This document shows positions 38,059 to 46,115 of a stretch of 64,000 nt of DNA, in pieces. The notes under the pieces are model-generated. The model was not told where the DNA came from. It saw only the letters and a list, made by a program, of their open reading frames with translations, and did not search any database. The translations under genes and the position numbers were made by a program. The stretch covers positions 1,307,965 to 1,371,964 of the forward strand of contig VLTH01000002.1 of NCBI GenBank assembly GCA_008125075.1, given 5' to 3'. Source of the DNA: Acetivibrio alkalicellulosi. GTDB lineage: Bacteria; Bacillota; Clostridia; Acetivibrionales; Acetivibrionaceae. Position 1 is the first letter of the stretch. Every line of letters begins with the position of its first letter.

Positions 38059-38273
38059 CTTTTCCACCTCAATAATTTTTTCTTAAATATGCAAGATCGA
38101 CTTTTTTATAAGTGTCAATAATGCTTTTAATTGAATGTACATGTAGTAAATGTAAAGAATAATATGTAACATCGGGGTAAAGCCCCACCTCTACCTCAGT
38201 AAATTGTATCCTTATCTTATTTTATTAACCTACTATCTAAATATGTGCCACATGGACAACTCTTTTGATAAAG

Positions 38274-39578
38274 TTAATTTCTTAAATATGATGGCAGCTT
38301 TAGTCCTGCCTTATTAGCTGCATAAATAGCTGCATCAAGATCAACCATATTTTTATCGTCATAAATCCTATAGTTTGATCTGTATTTTAAAGGTGTGTTA
38401 ATTAGCATTATTGTGTTTGCTCCTGCTTTTAAAGCCCACACCTGAGCATCCCTATCAAGGGAAGCTAGCGCTGTAGTTGAAGGAATATATACTTTTTTGC
38501 ACACTATCCTAGTAACAGCCATGGTCCTTAAAGTTAAATCAATATCTCCATGGGGTAGAATTTCAAAAGGCGTTCCCTCTGCTGGAATAAAAGGACCTAT
38601 ACCTATCATGTTTATTCCCATATCTTTAAAATACATAATATCTTTAGCAATATCTCTTATTGTCTGCCCAGGTATTCCAATTATATTACCTGATCCGTTT
38701 ATGTATCCTAACTCTTTGAGCCATTTAGAACATTTAAGCCTTAAGTGATAATCGCCATCTGGATGAATAAAATCAAAAAGCTTTTTATTTGTCGTTTCAA
38801 TTTTCAAAAGAAAATTATTAGCACCTGATTTCTTTAGTATTTCATAATCGTTAAAGGACTTTTCACCAACGCTTAAAGTTATTCTCATTCCGGTTTTGTC
38901 TTTTATTCTTTTAATTAATTTTGCCAACCTTTCAGTACTCCAGCTTTGATCTTCACCCGATTGAAGTATTACAGTCCTTATACCAATATCATGTATATCT
39001 TTTATAACTTCCATTATTTCATTCTCATCCATCCTGTATCTTTGCACACCGTTGTTTAGTGAATTTATCCCACAGTATTTACATTTTTTTGCACAATAAT
39101 TTGAAAACTCTATAGCACCTCTTATTTCAAGTACATCGCCAACAGTTTCTCTTCTTATTCTATCTGCAGTAGCATAAATTGTTTCAATTTCCTTTTCTCT
39201 GTTAGTGGATAGAATATATATAATTTCTTTCTCTAAAAGATTTTCTCCTTCTTCAATTTTTTTGAGTATATTTAAAAACTCACTTGTAACAGACAAGCCA
39301 ATTTTTTCATCAATAAGACCTTGAAGCCTCATCTTTTTATCTTCAAATATTCCAGTTATATTTATCTTGCTATCATGTATCATAGATTTAGCTTTTTCTA
39401 AATCTCTCTCTACTACCTTTACAGCCACTGCACATACTGTGCCCGATTCAGGTGGTGCAGGAACTAAATCTGTTTCTATTCCATTATCCTTTAAAGTTTT
39501 ATTTACAAGAAGCATTTGCGCACTATTATGTGCAACTATCAAATAAGCTTTTTCTTCCAAGGTGCCACTTCCTTTCAC
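38274..39578 (-). CDS. hydE: [FeFe]-hydrogenase maturase HydE-like radical-SAM enzyme with an N-terminal DUF3343-like (putative S/Se-carrier) domain fused to it.
   Basis: The motif EIRGAIEFSNYCAKKCKYCGI matches the HydE radical-SAM cluster motif. The N-terminal roughly 90 aa (YLIVAHNSAQMLLVNKTLKDNGIETDLVPAPPESGTVCAVAVKV) match the DUF3343 pattern. The start is ambiguous: GTG at 39578 or TTG at 39560. The coding region begins 2 nt after the hydG stop. Confidence 0.7.
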   Translation of the reverse strand: MKGSGTLEEKAYLIVAHNSAQMLLVNKTLKDNGIETDLVPAPPESGTVCAVAVKVVERDLEKAKSMIHDSKINITGIFEDKKMRLQGLIDEKIGLSVTSEFLNILKKIEEGENLLEKEIIYILSTNREKEIETIYATADRIRRETVGDVLEIRGAIEFSNYCAKKCKYCGINSLNNGVQRYRMDENEIMEVIKDIHDIGIRTVILQSGEDQSWSTERLAKLIKRIKDKTGMRITLSVGEKSFNDYEILKKSGANNFLLKIETTNKKLFDFIHPDGDYHLRLKCSKWLKELGYINGSGNIIGIPGQTIRDIAKDIMYFKDMGINMIGIGPFIPAEGTPFEILPHGDIDLTLRTMAVTRIVCKKVYIPSTTALASLDRDAQVWALKAGANTIMLINTPLKYRSNYRIYDDKNMVDLDAAIYAANKAGLKLPSYLRN

Positions 39579-39580
39579 AC

Positions 39581-40924
39581 TTAAAAATAAATGTCCCTCT
39601 TGCCTTTTTCAATTTCAATTAACTTTTCTTTTACTAATTCTTTCATCTTATCATCTTGAATCTCCTCTAATGCTTTCTCAATTAATTCACTACCTAATTT
39701 ATTTAGTGATTGATCTCCATAATCAAGAAGGTTCTCTTTAAACGTCAAAATTGCATTGGGTTGGCAAAATTCATGGATTTCTCCTTCTTTTGCATATTCC
39801 ATAAAAGCTTCGCCTGTTCTGCACCTTCTATAACATGCTGTACAAAAACTAGGTATATATCCCTTATCACATATAGTGGCAAGTACTTTTGACAAACTTC
39901 TATGGTCACTTACCTCAAACTGATCAGCCTTTTGATCATTTTCCTTATATCCCCCTGGATTTGTCTTTGAACCAGCACTAATCTGGGATACACCAAGGCT
40001 TAAAAGTTCATCTCTTAGCTCTGGGCTTTCTCTTGTTGATAAAATAATACCAGTGTATGGAACTGCTAACCTATATATTGAAATAATCTTTTTAAAATCA
40101 CTGTCACAAACAGGATAGGGAATTTCTTTAAGTCCCCAACCAAGGGCAGGACGTAACCTAGGAACTGAAATAGTATGTGGCCCAACACCATATTTTTTCT
40201 CAAAGCTCATACAGTGAGTTAAAAGATTTAAAACCTCATATTTGTAGTCATATAGCCCCAAAAGAGCACCAACACCTACATCATCAATTCCAGCTTCAAA
40301 AGCACGGTCAATTGCTGTAATTCTATAATCATAATCTGACTTTAATCCAACCGGATGCATCTTTTTGTAAACCTCTCTATTGTAAGTCTCTTGAAATATT
40401 ACATAAGTACCGATTCCTGCTTCCTTTAGTTGCCTGTATTCTTCCACTTTCATAGGCGCAGTTTCAACATTTATTCTTTTAATATTTGTATTTTTATAAA
40501 TTAATTCCATTGATGATGTGATGTGTTTAACATTTGTCTTTTGGGGATCCTCTCCACATATGAGTAAAATTCTTTTATGCCCCTGCCCTTCTATTTCTTT
40601 TGCCTCATTTATAATTTCTTCTTTGGTTAATGTCTTTCTGTGAAGTTCCTTGTTATCTCTTCTAAAACCACAATAAAGGCAATTATTTGTACATTCATTG
40701 CTTGTATAAAGGGGAGCAAACAACACAACCCTTTTTCCATAAACTCTGTTTTTCACATACTTAGCTGTTTCATATAAAAGGTTCAATTGCTCTTCATCCT
40801 CTATATTAAGAAGACATGCAACCTCCTCTAAATTTAACCCTCTACATTCCCGTGCTTTAAAAAGAATATCTTCCACACTTCTTCTTTCAACATTTCTAGC
40901 ACTCTCAATTAATGATAAAACCAT
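39581..40924 (-). CDS. hydG: [FeFe]-hydrogenase maturase HydG (radical-SAM tyrosine lyase, ThiH-like).
   Basis: The motif LFAPLYTSNECTNNCLYCGF is the radical-SAM cluster. A C-terminal CTACYRRC...C motif supplies an auxiliary-cluster site. I moved the start to the ATG at 40924 (GGAGG, 5 nt, ATG). The 43 codons upstream in the track ORF look spurious. Confidence 0.85.
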   Translation of the reverse strand: MVLSLIESARNVERRSVEDILFKARECRGLNLEEVACLLNIEDEEQLNLLYETAKYVKNRVYGKRVVLFAPLYTSNECTNNCLYCGFRRDNKELHRKTLTKEEIINEAKEIEGQGHKRILLICGEDPQKTNVKHITSSMELIYKNTNIKRINVETAPMKVEEYRQLKEAGIGTYVIFQETYNREVYKKMHPVGLKSDYDYRITAIDRAFEAGIDDVGVGALLGLYDYKYEVLNLLTHCMSFEKKYGVGPHTISVPRLRPALGWGLKEIPYPVCDSDFKKIISIYRLAVPYTGIILSTRESPELRDELLSLGVSQISAGSKTNPGGYKENDQKADQFEVSDHRSLSKVLATICDKGYIPSFCTACYRRCRTGEAFMEYAKEGEIHEFCQPNAILTFKENLLDYGDQSLNKLGSELIEKALEEIQDDKMKELVKEKLIEIEKGKRDIYF

Positions 40925-41298
40925 AATAACCTCCAATAATCCGGACAAGTTCATGTCCACTTTTATTCCCTTAAAAATCAAAAAACCCTTCAAGACTATG
41001 ATTAATGTCTTAAAGAGTTTACATACCACTTTAGTGCACTTTAAAAGTAACACATAAAATACTATTTACTCAAAACTTTGAGTACTATAGCAGATTGTAG
41101 ATTCAATCTACAACCACAGTAATAAGAACAGAACACTTTGCTCCATTCCCCCTTCGATAAGACAAAATCCATTTCGTCAGGTAAATCACAGCATAGATTC
41201 TATAAATGCCAGGAATAACTCCTCACATTCTAGATTTGTTCTATAACTGCAATAAATTATATTTAATTTTAGCCTTTCAATTTGTTCAATATTACTAG

Positions 41299-41544
41299 TT
41301 AATGGGTTATTGCTACCTTTGCCTTAATTCCATTAATGTTTCCCAATTTTCCAGCAAGTGCACCTATTTGATCATTTGTACCATCAACAATAATGGAAAT
41401 AACCGATATACCTTTTTCCTTATATGGAATACCCATCCTTCCAACGATTATATTAGCATAATCACTTAATATGTCATTTACTTTAGCAGATGTCTCCTCA
41501 CGATTATTTACCACTATACCCAATACAGCTATTTTATTATCCAT
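41299..41544 (-). CDS. Small TM1266-like protein (putative iron-only hydrogenase system regulator, ACT/NikR-C-like fold) that commonly accompanies hydG and hydE.
   Basis: 81 aa, directly upstream of hydG. Size and position fit the TIGR03959-type family. I recall this from family knowledge and have not verified a motif. Confidence 0.5.
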   Translation of the reverse strand: MDNKIAVLGIVVNNREETSAKVNDILSDYANIIVGRMGIPYKEKGISVISIIVDGTNDQIGALAGKLGNINGIKAKVAITH

Positions 41545-41841
41545 AACTATCCTCGTTAATGTTTTAACTATATACCCATTATACCACCTTTTAATTACCT
41601 GTAAACACCTTTTTATTTAATCTCGACCCCCTTCTCATTCTTCTTTCTTAGTAATTTAAGATAAATCTACAGTATTTAATTTAAACTTTATATAAAAATA
41701 TATTTTAATTTTTTACATTGCATCTAAAAGAATTTAAAAAGAAATTTATTTTTTTAAAAAATGATGATATTATATAGTATAGTTATGATAACATTAATTT
41801 TTTATGAAATCTAAACAATATTAATTATATTGGAGACAAAA

Positions 41842-42327
41842 ATGAAAAAATTAATTTACTATTTAAAAATAACTGGATTATCTTTAATTATATGGATTAT
41901 ATTAAGTGAAAGCATCTCACTATACAACCTGACATTAGGTGTTTTTTTCACGTTCTTATCAATATTTATTGTTGAAAAAATTTTAGGTTTAAACTACTTT
42001 AATATAATTCACAATTTAAAACTAAAAATAGTTGTAAAGTATGCTATATATCTGATTTATCAGATATATTTTTCCGGGTTTTCTGCCATTTCCAAAATAA
42101 TATCTGGTAAGACAAATGTAGGAATAGTAGAAATTAGCACAAATTTAAAAGATGACATGTTTATTTCATTACTGGCAAATTCCATAACTCTTACTCCTGG
42201 AACAGTTACTTTGGATAAGTCTGGTAACAAACTAAAAGTACTTTGCCTTGATATAGTTACTTATGAGAGTGAAAAAGCTGGTAAACTAATAAAAAAAGAT
42301 TTTGAAAAAATATTATCCGGAGGTTAA
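41842..42327 (+). CDS. mrpE: Mrp/Mnh-type cation/proton antiporter subunit E.
   Basis: The motif SITLTPGTVT is characteristic of MnhE. Start placed at the ATG at 41842 (GGAGA, 5 nt, ATG). Confidence 0.8.
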   Translation: MKKLIYYLKITGLSLIIWIILSESISLYNLTLGVFFTFLSIFIVEKILGLNYFNIIHNLKLKIVVKYAIYLIYQIYFSGFSAISKIISGKTNVGIVEISTNLKDDMFISLLANSITLTPGTVTLDKSGNKLKVLCLDIVTYESEKAGKLIKKDFEKILSGG

Positions 42328-42331
42328 CACT

Positions 42332-42589
42332 TTGTTTGTTAATTATGCATTAATATCTTTAATTATACTTGCTTTAGCAGGATCATTAAGAATAGTTTTA
42401 GGACCTACTATATGGGATAGGCTTTTAGGACTTAATATTTTTTCAGCTAAAATTATAATGATGATTGTTTTATTTTCTGTTATAATGGGTAAACCCTACC
42501 TACTTGACATAGCAATTGTATATGCTCTCTTAGGCTTTATAGGAATTATTCTAATTGCAAGATTTATTGAGTGGAGGGGAAAAATATGA
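42332..42589 (+). CDS. mrpF: Mrp antiporter subunit F.
   Basis: TTG start 8 nt after GGAGG. Three transmembrane helices. The sequence LRIVLGPTIWDRLLGLN is MrpF-like. Confidence 0.75.
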   Translation: MFVNYALISLIILALAGSLRIVLGPTIWDRLLGLNIFSAKIIMMIVLFSVIMGKPYLLDIAIVYALLGFIGIILIARFIEWRGKI

Positions 42590-42900
42590 GCATATTTGAT
42601 ATTATTGGGTATATTTTAATAACTTGTGGTATTATATTATCTGGAATTGGAGTGTATGGTATTTTTAGATTTAAAAATTTTTACTCTAGAATACTTGTAT
42701 CATCAAAAGTTGATACTGTAGGCTTTATGACTATCATGCTTGGTGTAATGTTTATAAATGGCTTAAGTTTTTTTTCTTTAAAAGTGCTATTAATAGTTAT
42801 CATTGCAGTTATTACAACACCGCTTGCAACTCATTCTATAGCGCGTTCAGCTTATCTTAGTGGTTATAAAATAAAAAAGGGGAAATATTATGGTAATTAA
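42586..42900 (+). CDS. mrpG: Mrp antiporter subunit G.
   Basis: ATG after a GGAGGGG RBS. Three transmembrane helices. MSIFDIIGYILITCGI... is MnhG-like. It overlaps mrpF by 4 nt. Confidence 0.75.
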   Translation: MSIFDIIGYILITCGIILSGIGVYGIFRFKNFYSRILVSSKVDTVGFMTIMLGVMFINGLSFFSLKVLLIVIIAVITTPLATHSIARSAYLSGYKIKKGKYYGN

Positions 42901-43423
42901 CATATTTCTTATGCTTATAATAGTATTTGCAATTTTATCAATTCAATCCAACAGCCTTAGACGTGCAGTAATATATTTAGGCATCCTTTCACTGGTTAGC
43001 TCATTTTGTTATCTTTTATATGGATCACCTGATGTTGCAATAGCTCAAGCTGTAATTGGAAGCACTCTTTCAACAATACTTTATCTGGTAGCACTCAAAA
43101 AATACAAACTGTTTACTATATATTATGTACTGCAAAACACAGACACAGAAGAATTGGATTCAGACAATACTGAGAGAAAAGTAATTGATATAATTGAAAG
43201 TTTTTGTTTTGAAAGGGAGCTTGAGCCTGACGTTGTCCATACATCTGAAAATCTCGAAAATATAGAAGCCCACTATCAGTATGATGTAATTGTTTTACAA
43301 AAAGAAAGAGGTATCTGTCTTTATGGAAATAAGGAAAATTACTTGTTAGACTCATTACAAAAACACTTGGTTAAAAAGTTAGGAAATAAACTTAATGTTT
43401 CATATGTTCAAAATACTGTATGA
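42890..43423 (+). CDS. MnhB-N-terminal (DUF4040-like) membrane domain fused to a soluble acidic C-terminal domain of about 100 aa. This arrangement is unusual.
   Basis: Two transmembrane helices with AIAQAVIGSTLSTILYLVAL, followed by a hydrophilic domain. Its position falls between mrpG and mnhB. Confidence 0.55.
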   Translation: MVINIFLMLIIVFAILSIQSNSLRRAVIYLGILSLVSSFCYLLYGSPDVAIAQAVIGSTLSTILYLVALKKYKLFTIYYVLQNTDTEELDSDNTERKVIDIIESFCFERELEPDVVHTSENLENIEAHYQYDVIVLQKERGICLYGNKENYLLDSLQKHLVKKLGNKLNVSYVQNTV

Positions 43424-43438
43424 AGGGATTGACAATAA

Positions 43439-43699
43439 GTGCGAAGAATCATTATTTTTATAATTATGTCTTTTATTTTTACAGTCTTTATGTTTATATA
43501 TAAAGATTCAATAGTTGTATTTCCAAACCAAGTGTCTGATTATATTAAAAGTAACTTTATTATAGATACAGGTGCTAGAAATGCAGTTACTTCAATTTAT
43601 TTAAATTATAGAGTATATGATACATTTTTTGAGACCCTGACTCTTTTAGTGAGCATTATAGGTGTAATACATTTTTCAAAACACGAAGGAGAATTATAA
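43439..43699 (+). CDS. Small MnhB-like membrane protein. It may be one half of a split mnhB gene.
   Basis: The segment TGARNAVTSIYLNYRVYDTFFETLTLLVSIIGVI resembles the conserved MnhB segment. Confidence 0.55.
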   Translation: MRRIIIFIIMSFIFTVFMFIYKDSIVVFPNQVSDYIKSNFIIDTGARNAVTSIYLNYRVYDTFFETLTLLVSIIGVIHFSKHEGEL

Positions 43700-43701
43700 T
43701 T

Positions 43702-44088
43702 ATGAACAAGGATTCTGAAATTATATCAAATACAGTAAGTTTGCTCTATCCCTTTATTATTCTATTTGCCTTTTATATTATATTAAATGGTCATATAACA
43801 CCAGGAGGTGGATTTCAAGGAGGGGCACTTTTATCTGCAATTTTTATTACTAAATATATGGGAATTCCAACAAATGATACAGACCTTAAAAATTTTAAAA
43901 TAATTGAAAAGATAATGTTTATAATTATTATGATAATTCCAATGATTTTTTTATTTAATGGACTTAATAAAAAGTTCTCCTTTTTAAATGAGTACTACCT
44001 TATATTAATGAATATTCTCATAGGTATTAAGGTTTGCTGTGGACTTAGTATAATATTTTTCAGATTTGTGTTTTACGAAAGTAGGTGA
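43702..44088 (+). CDS. mrpB: Mrp antiporter subunit B.
   Basis: NGHITPGGGFQGGALLSA is the hallmark MnhB motif. Confidence 0.75.
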   Translation: MNKDSEIISNTVSLLYPFIILFAFYIILNGHITPGGGFQGGALLSAIFITKYMGIPTNDTDLKNFKIIEKIMFIIIMIIPMIFLFNGLNKKFSFLNEYYLILMNILIGIKVCCGLSIIFFRFVFYESR

Positions 44089-44092
44089 TTCT

Positions 44093-44446
44093 ATGAGCTT
44101 TAACGGAGAAACTGCAAGTATAATTTTATTTTTCATAGGACTTTTTGGTCTTATTGGAAGACGTAACATTGTAAAAACAGTTATATCCTTAGGAATAATG
44201 GAAACCGCTGTTATATTATTTTTTATATCTACCAATTTCACAGAAGGGAGACTTCCTCCTATAGGTGATATAAATCCTGACAAAATGGCTGATCCCCTTC
44301 CTCAGGCACTTATGATCACTGCAATTGTAATTGGAGTATCATTAACAGCAGTCAGCCTTACAATGTTTATTACACTATACCACAAATACGGAAGTACTAA
44401 CTGGGCAAAAGTAAATAGAAAAAGGATAGATGAAACCGATGATTAA
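44093..44446 (+). CDS. mrpC: Mrp antiporter subunit C (NuoK-like).
   Basis: About 117 aa with three transmembrane helices. The sequence IILFFIGLFGLIGRRNIVKTVISLGIMETAVILFF is MnhC/NuoK-like. Confidence 0.8.
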   Translation: MSFNGETASIILFFIGLFGLIGRRNIVKTVISLGIMETAVILFFISTNFTEGRLPPIGDINPDKMADPLPQALMITAIVIGVSLTAVSLTMFITLYHKYGSTNWAKVNRKRIDETDD

Positions 44447-46034
44447 TCTTTATTTTTTTGTATTGCTGCCAATATTAACAGCAGTTTTGATATATCTATT
44501 TTCAAAAAAGTATATGAAAAATTTAGCATTGCTAGTACAATTGTTCTTTTTAGTTGCAACAGTTGTTAATTTCAACTATGTAAAAAAACATGGTACAATA
44601 ATAGAAACTATAGGTGGATGGACAAATTATACAGGCATTTCACTTAAAATGGATCTCCTTGCTTCTGTTATGGTTATGCTTGTTGCCTTTTTATTTTTAG
44701 CCTTTTTAATATTTGATTATCCAAAAAAGTATGTAAATAAACTATTTTTATTACTCTTTTTAATCCTTCAAGCTTTAATAACAGGCATAATTCTTTCAAA
44801 CGACCTCTTTAATATTTATGTATTAGTTGAAGTGTCAACTATTGTTGTTGCTATATTAATTATGTTTAAAAAAGATAGTCGTTCTTTATATGATGGAATA
44901 GTTTACCTCCTTATCAACATCGTAGCTATGACATTTTTTCTTTTTGGTGTAGGGTTTTTATACAAAACATTCGGTGTCTTAGATTTACAGGGAATAAAAG
45001 AAGGTATTAGCCTTTTAGAAGACACAAAACCTCTTATACTTCCCTACTCTATGATGATAACAGCTGCCGGTTTAAAGTCTTCTCTAATTTCCCTCTTTAA
45101 CAGGCTGGCTAAAGCCCATGTAACACCAAGTGCTCCCTCTATAGTATCAGCCCTATTGTCCGGTATATATGTAAAAACTGGCATATATTTATTTATACGA
45201 CTCCAGGATATGTTCTCCCCAGCCATTAATACATCAAACTTTTTTATGATAGTCGGGTTTTTAACTGGAGTTATTGGGTTTATTCTCGCTCTTTCTCAGA
45301 CAGACATAAATCTTATGCTTGCTTATAGTACAATATCTCAAATAGGTCTAATAATGATTGGTATAAATTATCCAAGTGAAGATGCTTACTGGGGCTCTAT
45401 ATACCATATTGTAAATCATGCTTTTTTTAAATCAACTCTATTTTTAATAACCGGAATTATCATTGAAAAATATGGTACAAGAAATATTAATAAAATACAA
45501 GGGGTTTTTAAAAGAATGCCTTTTATATCAATAGCTTCTTTTTTGGCTATACTTGGTATTACAGGTGCTCCTTTTTTTAATGGTAGTTTCTCAAAATATC
45601 TTATTAAGACAGCTCTTAGCGGAAATCCTTTAGAGTATGGTATTATTTTAATTAACCTTGGAACGGTATTGTACTTTTTAAAGTTTTTATCTATATTTAA
45701 AAATGGCACAGGTAAAACTCCTTTTAAAATTGATAATTACAGACGATCAATTACCATAGTTTTATCATTTATGTGCTTTATTGGAGGTATCTTAGGTCAG
45801 TTTTTTGTCAAATTTCTCTTCAATCATACTGTTATATTTGATTTTTCAAACTATTTTCAAAATATCATTTTATTTATACTCACATTAATAGCAGGTTTAG
45901 TTATTTATAAATACATAATTCCAAAGCTAAAATGGCTATCAAGAATAAAAGAAGTGGAGTTAGATTTTAATAATATTTGCCTCTTAATTACTCTTTTCTT
46001 TATAATTGTCACTTTAACAGTTTTTTTTAATTGA
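44430..46034 (+). CDS. mrpD: Mrp antiporter subunit D (NuoN/NuoM-like proton-pumping subunit).
   Basis: 534 aa, about 14 transmembrane helices, and complex-I antiporter-like character. No larger MrpA-type gene is present in the cluster. Confidence 0.85.
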   Translation: MKPMINLYFFVLLPILTAVLIYLFSKKYMKNLALLVQLFFLVATVVNFNYVKKHGTIIETIGGWTNYTGISLKMDLLASVMVMLVAFLFLAFLIFDYPKKYVNKLFLLLFLILQALITGIILSNDLFNIYVLVEVSTIVVAILIMFKKDSRSLYDGIVYLLINIVAMTFFLFGVGFLYKTFGVLDLQGIKEGISLLEDTKPLILPYSMMITAAGLKSSLISLFNRLAKAHVTPSAPSIVSALLSGIYVKTGIYLFIRLQDMFSPAINTSNFFMIVGFLTGVIGFILALSQTDINLMLAYSTISQIGLIMIGINYPSEDAYWGSIYHIVNHAFFKSTLFLITGIIIEKYGTRNINKIQGVFKRMPFISIASFLAILGITGAPFFNGSFSKYLIKTALSGNPLEYGIILINLGTVLYFLKFLSIFKNGTGKTPFKIDNYRRSITIVLSFMCFIGGILGQFFVKFLFNHTVIFDFSNYFQNIILFILTLIAGLVIYKYIIPKLKWLSRIKEVELDFNNICLLITLFFIIVTLTVFFN

Positions 46035-46063
46035 TAATATCCTATTATATCCTTCTCCCCCCT

Positions 46064-46095
46064 TGATGTATATATTTTCTTATGATAAAATATCC
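46064..46095 (+). promoter_or_regulatory. Putative sigma-A promoter for the P-type ATPase gene.
   Basis: TTGATG, a 17-nt spacer, then TAAAAT, about 25 nt upstream of the GAAAGGTGG RBS. Confidence 0.35.
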
Positions 46096-46115
46096 ACTTG
46101 AAAGGTGGTGTATAT

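Noticed and set aside
38068-38273. The GGGGTAAAGCCCC hairpin between hydE and the cysteine desulfurase gene, considered as a riboswitch.
   Set aside because: A single short hairpin in an AT-rich spacer with no conserved riboswitch core sequence. It is more likely a weak terminator or attenuator, and the evidence is too thin to call.
40925-41053. The 43-codon N-terminal extension of hydG in the track ORF (MLLLKCTKVVCKLF...).
   Set aside because: The first start codon has no RBS. A strong GGAGG lies 5 nt before the internal ATG at 40924, which gives a canonical HydG N-terminus.
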